DNA of 64,000 nt from assembly GCA_036172245.1 (NCBI GenBank), contig JAYWIR010000005.1:4154001-4218000 (forward strand). The letters are read 5' to 3'. The notes under the pieces were generated by a model, which saw only the letters and a list, made by a program, of their open reading frames with translations, had not been told where the DNA came from and made no database searches. The position numbers and the translations under genes were made by a program. The stretch comes from Raillietiella orientalis. Its lineage: Eukaryota. Positions 1 to 12,145 of the stretch are shown one piece after another. Position 1 is the stretch's first letter, and each line of letters starts with the position of its first letter.

Positions 1-188
1 TCTCCCTTACTGTGCCACGCCGGGTATTTCCTCGCCACCTCGCTGTCCGGGTGCTGCGCAAGAAAGGCGTCGCGCGCACGACTGCCGCGTCATCGGAGAA
101 GAGGGAGGGAATTGAGGAGAGAGGAAGTCGAACGTCCATTCTGTGCTCTTCCGATCCCCCCTCTCCCCCCGCTTTGCTTCGGTGGCTC

Positions 189-3100
189 ATGAGCGGCGTG
201 ATGGCAGCTACGGAAGCTGCCAATGCCCTGAAGTCAAGCGAGGTCGCCAGTCCACATCCCTCTTGTTGATTTTCCCTTCTCCTTCTCTTCTTCCATCCTA
301 GCAAAGCAGCGGCATCTTTGCAGCCGTCTCGGTTCCCGATTTCTCCCGACTTCCTTCCTCCTTCAGATGGAAAAGAGGGGATGGCCGTGTCTGGCACCTT
401 GCTCTGGACAAAGAAAACTTTTCCCAACAAGGGGAAAGGGAACGTCATGGTCACTTACAATTCCCCCTTCCTCCTCTTCCTTTACCTTTCCTCCTTCCTC
501 TTCCCTTCCTCTTCCTTTCCTCTTTCCTCTTTCCTTCCTCTTCTTTTCCTCCCGTGCTTCCCGTTGTCTCCGCACGCTCGAGGAAAACAACAGATGTCTT
601 TCAGACCACTTCGAGCCGGACGCCCCTCCGGAAGCACGGAAAGAAGGCCAAGGTCATCCACGTGTCTCCAGAGAAAACCCTCGTCTACGAAAACGTCCTG
701 CCCGTGGACGCGCCGGCCGCGTTCCGCGACGCCGAAGGTGTGACGGGCGCGGCCGTCCGGAAGAGCCCCCACGGCCCTGCAGATGGAAGATTGTCCGTCT
801 GCTCTCCTGCGGAGGGTTCCCCTCCCCCAGGGAGGGTTGATTCACCGGGTCATGGGGACGCGTCAGTGCCCAGCCAGGAGTCTCCCTTCTACGAGACGAT
901 AGACGAGTGCAATCTGGACTTCCCGGCGGGCAGGGTGTACTTCACCATCGACGAGTTAAACAACAACGAGCCCGTCTACAGGAACACCAAGCCGGTCCCG
1001 GGAGCCGAGGATCCCCTCTACGACGTCCCCCAGTCTACCCCGAGGCGGACTCTCTCTGGTCACCCTTCTTCCGCTGCCATCTACAGCAACGGAGGGGAGC
1101 TGCTGCGCCTCCGGGAACAGCCCTCCCGAAGGAGCTCCCCGGAGCGTCGAGATCCCTCCGAGGCTCCCTCCCCGGAGGGAGAGAAGGCGGCAGAGAGAAG
1201 GGCGATCCCCGACCTTCCCCCGGCTGCGAAAGAAGATGCTGCTGCCACATACGCTGTGGTGAAGAAGAAAGGCAGCCTCGCACGGGAGTCTCCTCCGGTT
1301 CGGACGCAGGGAGACGTCCACGGGTCTTCCGAGGGAGAAACCCAGCTCCTCCGAGGAGGCTTGCCCGAAGGTGGGCGGGAGGTCACTCCCTTGCTTCCCC
1401 GAGGCACTCCCGAAAGGGCGCTCCCGAAGCGCGCCTCCTGCTCGGGGGAGCCGAGGTCCCTCCCCGCCGGGAGCCGGCCCGCTCGAGAAGGCGAAGCGAC
1501 GAAGCAGCAGCAGACGAAATCCAGGAGGAGAAAGGATTCCTGGATCACAACCAGGTGGAAGCACGCAAGGGAGCCAGGTGAGCCGTGGAAAGGGAGGAAA
1601 AGGCAGGGGGGGACACTCTCGAATGTCCCTCTCCCGGGGAAGGAATGCCCTCCTGGTGTGGAGGTCGCGCACCGGTTCCGGTCGCGGAGGGCGAGTGCGG
1701 CGAGCGCGTCCCCGCGGCAATCCCGGCAGGTTTCTGCTTTCCTCAAGAGCGCATTCTGGTTCGCGCCGCAGCCACCAGGCAGCGCCTCGCTCCCCGACTC
1801 CGGCTTCGCGGAGCGTCCGCTCGCTACACGCGTCCTCGCATGGAGGCGCCGGTGGGTTCGGCAGACCTCTCCAGTAAAGGGAAGGAGAGGGGGATCGGTG
1901 CGAGGGAGCAACGGCAGTTCCAAACGCTGCAGAGCATCGCGAACTTTTCATATCCCCGGATCCAGAGTGGCCCCTGGGAAGAACAGACGGTGAAGGGGGA
2001 AGAGGCGAACGATAATGGTCGTGATGCTCTTGCACTCTCTGTGTTGCCGTTTCTCTTCCGAGAGGCCACTGGAGGGAAGAGGGGCAGCCTCCTCCCGTCC
2101 AAGGGCTCCGTTTTTTTCTTGAAGTTTCCGTTCCGCCTCTTCGAATGCATTTTTGGTCTCCCTCAGAACGTCCTGCCGGGCGACAGAGGACTCTCCAGTC
2201 ACCGAGATGCCTTCCGGCAGACGCGAACTCAAAAGAGCGATGGGTTTAGGCGCGCCCACCGACGCGCGCGCGGGACCTCATGGGACAAAGTTCCGAGGAC
2301 CTGGAGAGGCAGGAAATGCCTTGCTCCCTCCACCCCATCTGGTCCTGCTCTCGCGGGTGGCTGCTGCTCGTTTGCCTCCTTCCAGCATCCGACAGCGCCT
2401 TCTAGAGACAGGGAAGCCGACGGAGCGGCTGGTTGCAACCCCGCGGAATCTACCGAGCATGCTGAAGCGGCCTTCCCTCCCCCTTTTCCCGTCCCATGCC
2501 CTACCCCCTCCCTCGGCACGCAACGTCAGCGTGAGTCAGCAGCGGCTGCTGAGCGCGGAAGGAGCGTGGGAAGGCATGCGCCCGCGAAAAATCGGATGAC
2601 GCATGAGCGGCGGCGGAGGCGTGCGCACGCACGTACATACGCAAGCTGGGATGAGCAGAGGAGGGCAAGGAGCAGGAGACCCTGGGAATTTCAGTTGACT
2701 CACCACGTCAAGCCACCGGGTCCCCAAGCGCATGGAGGTCACCCTCCGCCAGCTGCTCCCGGGGTATCCTGCCTTCCCTCGTGGGGAACGAGCAGTACGC
2801 ATGGGTGGAGGACGAGGGAGTGTCGACTGCACGGCGGGAGGAGGAGAAGGAAGAGAACGGTCTGCGGTCGCTTCCCCGCTGTATGCACTTCTCCTGCTCG
2901 CGCGCACGTTGCCTTGGAGAGCGGAGGTCCTTTCGGTACCGTCCCTTCCCTTGGAACGAGCCGGCATGGTGCGGCGGCATTCACGGTTGCGGCACCTCCG
3001 GAAACGCGGCGCGGTGAGCGCATCCGCCACGACTTGGGTGGCTCTGGCGGTGAGTCGAGGGAGGACGCAGGAAGTGTGGACGTTAGGGGGTTGCGTGAGC

Positions 3101-6100
3101 CTGCGCTATCTGCCGCCGTCTCCCTGGAGCTCTTTGGAGAGTGGCGACATCTCGCCGTCCCCCTTTCTCCTCGGCCTCCTCCTCCTTTCCCTATCTCCTC
3201 GCTTGGAAACGTTTCGAGGCCACTCCTGCGCAGAGAGGAGGATGGGAATCTGCGAGCAGAGATGCTGCTCTCTTACTCCTCTCGCATGAGAAGGGAGGTC
3301 GTCGACCCACCCACCAGCCGCCCACACGTGGTCCAAGGAGCGCTGGCGATCGCCGCTCCCTCCGTCACCACTTGCAGTTGCGCAAGCGTCCTCTCGATTA
3401 CCTCATTCCCCAGCCATCGGTCGCGACGTGTCGAGGAGGAAGAGAGAAAGAAAGGCGGCGCTGAGAGCGGGCATCTTCTTGGGAGTCCTGTCGCTGGATC
3501 GCCTCCTCCAAAGACGTGTGAGGAACCCCGTCGGTACTTCTCCTTGCAGGGGAGCACCAGATTAAGTCTCAGCACCGCTGCTTGACGTGGCCTCTGCAGC
3601 TACCACAGCATATTTTCGTGGGTCAGCAGCTTTGCCGTGGAAGCAAAAAAAAAAAAAAAAAAACAACCTGCCCAACTGCCACACACTCTCGCTAGCAGCA
3701 TCCGGAAGCAGCCGAGTGGCTGTCTGTCCCATGAACTCTACCACTCTCGCTGCACAACTCAAGTAGACGAAGATGAAAACGAGAGTGCGACCAACGCCTG
3801 AGGGATCCTCGTAACTGAGGTGGTGGGGTGACTTCGACGGTGGCATGCGCCTGTTGCTGCTACGCAGGGCGCAGGTCAACCACAAAGCGCTCGAGAGAGA
3901 GACTGGATAGACAGGGCCCTTAGGAGATGACGGGCTTGTTGACATCAAAAGAAGAGGGGGAGAAAAGAAGGAGAACCTCATCCTTCTTGATGCGGCTCCT
4001 CCCGGTGAGTTCCTCTGGGGGCACCGCGAGATGAGCAGATTCATTCCCCTCCTTCCCCGTGTACAGTCCGTCTGCGAACGGAAGCACTAGCGTATGCCCA
4101 ACTGGATCAGTCGCAGATATGAAACACCTGGGTGTATCAAATCATGAGGGAGTCATCCAGGACACCCCTCATTTCCAAGAAGAGGCATTTCAGAGGGGAT
4201 GATGGGGCCGGACGTTCCTGGCTGTGGAACTCGCCGTGAAAAGCTCTGCAGGACTTTGAGAAACCCTTCCTTGGACCTCTGTTGGTCCGCTGCGAGATGC
4301 GCCCTTGGACTTGCGTTGAAGAAGTTGCTGGACCTCTGTGAAATATATCCGCGCACCTGGGAGAACTCACCGCGCGTTGAAGCGGTGCGTGACGCGCAGC
4401 TGCTACGCGGCTGAGAGTACACGCGTGCCCATTGCGCCGCCCGTACGACAGTTTCTCCGCCCCCGCTCTTCCGACTTCCCTCTCTGCTTCGTGGTTTCCC
4501 CCCCCCCCTGAGCATCCCTTCGCTGGTTTCCTCCCCCTCCCCGTGCCGCTGCCCCACGGGGGCTTTCCTCTTACCTGGATGGCGGAAGCGGCGGCGATGC
4601 TGCCTGGGATGCTGCGGGGAAGAACGAAGAGAAAGGGGTGGAGTGGGGGAGCGATGGACTCGCGGCGAGAGCTGCTCGTGATCCCGGAAGTCCAGCAGAG
4701 TGAGGTGACGGCCGACCCCCGCGAACCAGCCGGGGAGAGAGAGAAGGCCTGCGAGAAGGGGAGAAGGATGGGCCGGGAGAGAGAGAATGTCCTTCCCTCG
4801 ATTCCTTGCCTGAAACGATCGGAAGGGGAAGGGGGCCCCTCCCGGGAGCAAGGCGGAGTCCCTTCCGGAAGGCAAAAGGAGTCGGCCGGTGGCGGAGGAG
4901 GGGGAAGAGGAGAAGCGTGGCTGTCCCAGGCGACGTGCGCGCACGGCGTTTCCAGGGAGCGCCAGGTGTTGCTGCCTCGCGGCGGCTCCCCACGCCAGCT
5001 GTAGGCGGCATCGCAGACCCGTTCGACGCGTCCGGCCTCCGCACGTTTCCCCTTCCGGCTGCGCGCGGAGAGATAAAACCACGCTCTCCTTCCTCCTCCT
5101 CTCCCCCCCCTTCTCTCTCCCCCTCTCTCCTGCGCACCATTCCCGCGCGGCCCGGAAGCTCGCCTGCACCGCCGCTGCAACGTTCCCGCCAGGGCGGGCC
5201 CTTCTCGCCCACCCGAGCGCCCTTAGGGAAAGGACGCCCGCATAAAGGACGAAGGGAGCTACGCCGCAGCCCTGCCAGGTAGTCCTTGCTTTGGCCCCAC
5301 CCATTCCACGCTGCGGCGGAGGAGGCGGGACTCGAGGGGGGGGGAACAGAGGGCGGAAAGGGAGGACCGCGCTCGCAGGGGAGAAGGAGATGGGTTGACT
5401 TTGCACTGAGACGGAAGGGTGTGGGTCGCCTCCCTCCATCCTTGGACCTGGAAAGGGCGCGGGGTGGGCGCAGATGCCGCCGAATCCCTCCCACGCGCTT
5501 CGCCCTCCACCCTTTCCGGAAACGGCGAAAGCCCTTCGCCTTCGGGGATTTCCGGCGGAGCCTCGGAAGACGCGACGCGCCCCTCTGCTGCGCTCGCCCA
5601 TCCGTGGCGGCGGGGCAGCGAACCGTGCGAGGCGGGCGCTCCCGACAGGAAGCCCGCGAGCCACGCGGTCAGCGCGTGCGCGGAGCAGGCGGACGGCAGT
5701 CGCGTCTGCCGCGAGAGGCGCAGGCGGCGGATCGCTCGCGATCGCCCTCCGCCCCCTCCTCGCCGAGTGGCGCGTGCGCCCGTCCCTGGCCCTCCGGCTC
5801 GCCCCCTCCAGGAGAGAAACGCGGCAGCACGAACCCCCCAGCTGGGCTGGACACCGCTTGTGTTCCAGGAGCATCCGGAAACCGCTGCTTCTCGGAGGAC
5901 GCCGCCCTCACTTGGTTCCCTGGGATGCGGCATTCGGGCCCGGTCCAGGGCCATCCCTCTGACACGGATCTGCCCATCGAGCCACCCCCAGGCTTCAGCT
6001 CTGAAGACGCCTCCGGGGACTCGGAGCCCTTCGACCCGCCGAGCCCTGACCTCTGCCCTAGGAGAGGACCCGAGAGTACCACCCGGGCGCTGGAAGAGGC

Positions 6101-8630
6101 CACGTGCTGCATCCTCTCCGACGAAGAGGTCGACTTCCTGAACGGCGGCGTCTCCCAGGAAGGAGGAGTCCTTCCCTTTCGACCCGTCCGGGAGGCCTCC
6201 AAAGTGCCTCCAAAGGTGTTCTATGAGCCCGGACGCGAGCTGTCGGCCGAGGATCGCATCGCCCAGGAGATCCGGGAGCTCAGGGAGCGGGAAGAGGAGC
6301 TACGGAGGATGCGGGAGCAGCGCCAGCGCCCTCCCGACGGCGGAAGTCACTCCGGGAGCGACGGAAGCAGGTAGGCGGTCTTTTCCCCATGACGGGGGGG
6401 TAGGGAAGGGGAGGAAGGGACCAACCGGGAGAGCGGCGAACCGGAGAGTCCTTCCCTCCTCCCCCTTGGGTCCGGAGATTCTTATATGGCCCTCGGCATG
6501 CTGGAGGGGCTCTTTGCCACCGCAGTCTCTGGCGGGAGGGGGAGCTGGCGGGATCGGAGGAGGGTGGGAGACTGTGTCAGATCAGAGATGCACCGGGAGC
6601 CGGGCGGCGTGCAGAGGATAGGGCATTTCTTCTTTCTCCCCCTCGACCCTACCTGCTCCCGCAGGGGAAGGGACGCGGGCGAGAGATGTCAGCGGGAAAT
6701 GGGTGCCAGCGATGTGGAGCGACGGGGTTGGAGTCACCTGAAGGGCGTGAACTTGCTTCTGATTGATTCCCCTCCCTGCCCTTTCCAGATGCTCCCTGAC
6801 GAGTCCCGAGACCATGCCCTTCGTCCCGAGGAGGACCCACTCGATGGACTCTCTGAGCTCCGGGCACAGTTCCGGAAGCTCCGGGATCTGCAACGGCGAA
6901 AGGACGCTGCACGCTCCGCACTGCAGGCGCTCGGTCACCGTGAGGCCCCTGACCGAGCCTGAGGAAGAGGCGCCCTGCTACCTCAGGTAAACAGAGGGCT
7001 CCCGACGGACCGGTCCCCTCGTCTCCCCCTTCCTTCTTTCTGCTTCCTGTCTCCCCGCCTTCCCCTTCGGGGATCCCCGGTTTTCGCCCCTTGCCGCCAG
7101 GGAGTGCCCCTCAGCGAGGCGTTCCCTGCGGAACGCTGTCCGCTATGGGCCGTGGCGGCGTCCCCGTTTCACCCTTCGGACCAGGATCCTTCCTCCCTCC
7201 CTAAGGGAGCAGCTGGTGATTCCCCTTGCGGTCGCTTCCCTAGGATCCAGGGAGAGACCCCCATGGAGCGGGAGATACGCCTTTCTGAGGAGAGGGAGAA
7301 GGAGCTGCGCCACAGGCGGGGGATTCACCACTCTTCGCGCAAGGAAGACCTCAGACTGAAGGTACGTGTGGGTCCTGGACGCCAGGCGGGGGCCGCGAGC
7401 CCGGTAGTCTTCTCCGTCCCACCCCCATCCCTCCGGGCCGTTTCACCTTCCTTCAGGATGCAGGGACTCCTCCCGAGGGGCTCTTACGCCCTCTTGGTTA
7501 AGACCACTGGGCACGACGGGAAGCCGGGGGAAAGCGACGCTCCCCGACTTTGGGACGCCACCCCACTTTCCTCCCTGCGGGGATGGAGGGTGCGGACTGA
7601 GGGAAGGCCCACACGAGGGCGCCAGACAGGAGCGAGGCGGATCCTCTTTCATGGAGCAAGGGGAGGGGGACGGAGGCTCCCATCTCCCCTACCCTATTCC
7701 CCAGGATGCGGTCCTACTCGGGCACCCTCTCGGCAGTAGCTTCCCAACTTCCCTCTTCCCAGTCTCCCCTTCTTGCGAGGACGGGATCCTAGGGGAGGAA
7801 AGTAAAGCCTGCCCCTTCCTTCTGAGAAGTCGCGAGGGGGAACGGGGCGGGGTGGGAGGTACAGAAGCCACAGCGCCTCACCCCCGCCTTCCAGGAGGAC
7901 GGATACCCCTGCACCGGAAGGACCACGGCAGGGATGCGACCCCAGCAGCAGCCGCGTTCTGCCGCCGCCTGCGGGAGCGCGCAGCCGGTTGACCAGAGCA
8001 AGGCACGTCCCTCCCTTCCCTCTTCCGGAGTCCCAGAGTGGCCACACTGCCTTCTAGATCGCTCGGATGACGAGGCTGCTGACTCAGGAGCCGCCCACGA
8101 TGTTCCGGGCGCGGGTGGCCCTGTGCGAATCCAGGTGGCTGCCTCCTTCCCCAGGAGCGCTCCCTCCTGGAGCGTGGAGGAAGGAGACTCACCCCCGTGA
8201 CTCCGGAGTCAGGATCCCGGACGAGGCGGGGGGTTCCCCTGGGACGACTGCGTCTTTGCTCCGCCCACGACTTCAGTCTTCCGCCACGGGGAGGCGCATC
8301 CAGGAGGAGCTCCGGGAGATGAGGCTGCGGGAGGAAGAGCTGCACCTCCAGCGCCGCCGCAGCCTGGCGCGCTCCCAGCCGAACCTGGCAGCCGCCGTCG
8401 ACGACGAAGAGGACGCTCTGGGACGTGAGGTCTCCTATGCGCCGCCCATTCCGGCGGCGACGCTAAAGGTAGGTATGCCGGGAGCGCTGGACCCGTTCCT
8501 CCTCGTTTTCCCACCTCTCTTTCCTGACCGTTATTCCCGGCAGATCTCGACGCCCGTCTCCGCTCTGCCACGGTCCAGGAATCCCCTCATCGATCACTGG
8601 GAGTCCCGGATCCACCGATGCGGAGCCTGA
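189..8630 (+). CDS. Multi-exon gene for an AKAP2 C-terminal domain (MISP/PALM2-AKAP2-like) scaffold protein, ~830 aa in my model
   Basis: Phase-consistent GT-AG model: 189-242, 302-449, 594-1577, 5869-6370, 6789-6986, 7244-7361, 7457-7496, 7895-7987, 8058-8134, 8277-8468, 8544-8630 (2493 nt, ends TGA, AATAAA at 8632). Family-like motifs: AEDRIAQEIRELREREEELRRMR, ETPMEREIRLSEEREKELR, RRIQEELREMRLREEEL, ARSQPNL and C-terminal RSRNPLIDHWESRI (cf. AKAP2-C KRKSALALRWEAGI). Exons 5869-7361 and 8277-8630 are strong. The first two exons and those in 7457-8134 have weak donors and are tentative. Confidence 0.75.
3820..4414 (+). pseudogene. Degenerate ankyrin-repeat/SOCS-box (ASB-like) gene remnant nested in intron 1578-5868
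   Basis: Reads GDFDGGMRLLLLRRAQVNHKALERETG* (ankyrin-like), then a GT-AG intron at 4005-4066 (GTGAGT...GTACAG), then LRNPSLDLCWSAARCALGLALKKLLDLCEIYPRT (SOCS-box-like PxSLxxLCRxAIRxxLG). Stops and frameshifts are present. Confidence 0.45.
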
Positions 8631-8631
8631 G

Positions 8632-8637
8632 AATAAA
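8632..8637 (+). terminator. Candidate polyadenylation signal of the AKAP2-C-like gene
   Basis: AATAAA immediately after the TGA at 8628-8630. Confidence 0.4.
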
Positions 8638-11454
8638 AAAGGAGGAGAAAAAAAAAAGGAATTCCGAGAGCCAATCGGGTGCGCTGCCTCCTTCGCCCCG
8701 GGGAACGCTCTTTGCCAAGGGCGCCTCGATGGAATCCTGGAGGAGGAAGGCCAGGAGGCTCCCGGAAGTCTCCGGAGCCGTTACGGCGACGGGAAGGGTC
8801 CCTGTGCTGCGTGCATGGAAGGCGTGCGAGCGCCTTCTCCCTCTTCTTCGTCCCTGCTCCTGCTTTGCGCTCCATAGTTTGGGGTGGGGTGAGACAGGAT
8901 GAGTCGTGGTCCTCCTTGCATTTGCGGTCAGTCCCTCAGGCGATATGACCTCTCGTTCCTCCCTGCTTCCCGGCTCTCCATATGGTGAAGCGAACGGCGG
9001 CCAGCAGGTGGCACGCGTGGCTTCCGCCGCGGGCTCCTCCTTTTCTTAACCGGAAAAAGGGACGCCTGAACAAACGGGAACTTTCAAGGACGCTGGGGAA
9101 GCCGTCGCATCGTTCCCTGCTGCCCATCTGCCTCGAGAGCGCGCGCGCTGGCACGGAGCAGCGCTGTCACCTGCAAGATGTTGGTCTGGCTCTCGAAACT
9201 CTGTCTCCAGGAGTTTGCGTTCCCGAGGATCTTGTGTCCCTCCCCCCTCCTCCTTCCCGCCCCGGTGTTTGCCTCCCTCCCTTTCCGGCTGCTCTGTGGG
9301 GCCGCTTGCTCCTCCCTGGCGAGGTTGCTCCGCGCTGGTCCTCGGAGAGCAGGACAACTCAAGCTGTAACCGGCAACTCAAGAGCGAAAGCATCCGTCCT
9401 TCTTTTTCCCTCCAGGGGTCCCCACAAGGGAGGCAGGGCATGGGCTTCCCAGCACCGAGGGCAGCGTCCCGGAGAACCTGCTGAGGACAAAGACGCAAGA
9501 CTCGGAGTACGCGATCTTAGGTGTCCTGAAGCTCAGGAGCTGCCAGTTCAGCGCTGCGCCTGCGAGGCCCACGTTGTGCGCGTGTGTCTGGGCTCCTTCG
9601 GCGGCAGCCGAGCGGCGGCACACGCTTCGGATGGGACCACGGGGAAGCGCTCCCCGCTTCCTTCCTCCCCCCTTCTCTCTCTCCACGGATGATGGCGCGC
9701 GAATCGGCTCAGGGACACTCGCAAGCGGCATCCGAGATCAGAAGGAATTTCCTGGGCACAAAGAATGCAGCCCGATTTTATCTGGCACGTTTATCTTCCC
9801 CGAGCTCGTGCGTCATTCGCTGCCTCCGCGGCCGCCTGGAGGTTCCCGCCCGCGGGAGCCGAGCTGGATGAAGACGGGGGAGACAACCCTTGAGATACCC
9901 CGAGTCCTGGAAGGGTGGTGCCGTCTACTAGGCCCGCGTCCCAGGGAGACACAGTCATGGGGCGAAGAAGACACCGTTCCTCAGCTCCTGCGGGAACATG
10001 AGGCAGAGCTGACCTCGCAGCGTCGGCGGCACCGATAAGAACTCGGGTTTAGAAGGTCTGTCTGTCAACAACGTGCCCCAACCGCGCACGTTCCCAGGTG
10101 AATTCCTGCTCGAAGTTCGGCCATCTTATTTTCGTTTTTTCTCTCCTCCCCCTCCTCGCGTAGTCGATGACGTCACCATCACCTGACTGTTTCGCCCGAT
10201 CCGAATTGTGCTACGAAGGCGAGCTCATGAAGGTGAGTGTGCTGAGCGTTGTGAGCACACTCCACGTTTATTGGAGGCGCGAGCATAACCCACGAGGAGA
10301 AGGGAAGGGATGGGGGGATATTCGTTCCCATTGGCGGGTTTTCATTTGTACGATAAAAGCATACAGGAGAACGTGTGCCGGTTCTTTTGCAGCGCCGTTG
10401 GGTGCAACCGTTGCAAGAGGGACAAGAACGACCGCACGCATTCAGCTGCTCACTGCAGCTCCAAGTGCAAACGCTCCGGCAACAAATCACGGAAAAGGGC
10501 AGTCCTGGATCCGCGTGTCGCAAGAAAGCCTGGAATCGAACGAGGCGTGGAGATCTTTTGCTTCACTCTTGAACCAACGACTGCGGTTCTCTTTTGGCTT
10601 TCTGATCCTCATTTCGAGATGCTGCGCTCACAAGGGGACGTGCCAGTGAAGAAGATTGGGGTGAGGCGCTGCAGCAAATAATTAATCCGTTCCTGGGGCA
10701 TGCTGGTCTCGTCGCCAGGAGGCAAGACGATCTGGTAAACCAGGCTAAAGAAGTGGCGTAAAAGCGAATCAAGACCGGCGGCCCCACGAAGTAGTCCGCT
10801 GGCCCGATACTTCGGCCGGAGCCGGTACTTCGGAGGAAGGATCGAATCCTCATGCTAGGAGCGTTCGCTGTTCTCTCGAAAAGCCGGAGTTCGAGACACG
10901 ACAAAGAAAGAAGAGCTAACTGATCCCCTTTCCTTTTCCTCCGGAGGAGCACAGCCGTACCGAGCCTTCCTGGCAACCTGCCTGGTATTGCGAAGATCGG
11001 GAAATGGCGAGATCCCGGGAGGATTCGAGATCTCGCACGCGTATGCGGACTGTATGGAGAGCACATTGGAAGGGGGAAGGGGGGGGGGATGCAACCTACG
11101 TCACAGCCGAGGCGTCTGGGCGCGCACCGTCTGGGCTATCCACCAAGATAAGGCGGTGAGGCGAAATCAGCAGCAGCAGGCGTCGCAGCAAAGCGGTTTC
11201 CCCGCGTTCGGAGAGCGCGGCATCGTTCGCCAGGAGCGTACACTTGTGGGCAGACACAGCATCCTGGAAGGCGGATTCGTCAGACACCGCATCAGCAACG
11301 GTGCGAGCGATAGGAATGGCAGAAGAGCACCCACCAAACGTGTGCCTACGGCGCACCCCAGGCTTTCGAATAAACCCGACCCTACGGAAGGTTGTGTGAT
11401 CTGGTTCACTTGCAAGCCACTCCTGCAACCAGCTGCCATATTTTGAAGTCACGC

Positions 11455-12145
11455 AGCAATTGCAGGAAGTAAAAACAACTGCTGACCTTCATCCTGAAGA
11501 ATGCAGCACTTTCTTGTATTGTAGCAGCGAAGGAGCTCAGCTGTTCGACTCGGCGATGTTCACCAGGCAACTCTTTGTGATCAGCGTGCAAAGTCTTTTC
11601 GAGAAGCCACCCTCTGCTGAGGATCAAAGTGCTACTCCTGTACGGGATTTCTTTGACGAGATTAGATATGTTAGATTGCATCTAACATATCTGATTCTAG
11701 GTTTTCACAGTCAGAAAGTTCCATCCTCAGTCGCGATTACTTAGCAGCCAAAGCTTGGGATAACCGACAGGAAAGGCAACCCCTTGAAGAGTATCCTGTG
11801 GACAGCTTTTGTAGATCAAAGTTATACATGCTCTATGAAAATGGTTACGTTTTTGATAAATCTGAATGCTGCCGGAATGGTTCTAATTCTGCATCGAATA
11901 CTGGCTCTTATAATAATTTCTTCCATGTCTTCCAGCATCCCAATTATTGTGATGTGATCCTTGGGCATCACGTGACATTGCCAAGACAGTTTGTTGAAAC
12001 CATGCAAAGTTGTAATAGGAGTGAATAGGCGTCGTAAAGATGAAATTAATAACTTGACTTTAGTAGAAAAAAAAAAAAAAAAATTCTTTATGTTGCATGG
12101 CATCCCTGTGAGAATCTCGTGGCTATAGCAGCTACTAACAATTTT
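11455..12145 (+). pseudogene. tws: Intronless pseudogene fragment of PP2A regulatory subunit B55 (twins/PPP2R2), C-terminal half
   Basis: Collinear blocks matching B55: EVKTTADLHPEECSTFLYCSSEG (EVITAAEFHPxxCNTFVYSSSKG); VRLGDVHQATLCDQRAK (IRLCDMRxxALCDRHSK); FFDEI; [53 protein letters not shown] ([40 protein letters not shown]); RRKDEI; LDFSRK..KILYVAWHPCENLVAIAATNN (LDFNKKILHTAWHPxENIIAVAxTNN). Several frameshifts, an in-frame TAG at 12026-12028 and an expanded A-run. Confidence 0.9.

Noticed and set aside
1585..5874. Long ORFs such as 1585..3585 (666 aa) and 4153..5874 (573 aa), and the many overlapping ORFs across 29-55 kb
   Set aside because: Arg/Pro/Gly/Ser-rich, open in several frames on both strands, and without domains. 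This is expected in GC-rich noncoding DNA. The two named ORFs lie almost entirely in an intron of gene 1.
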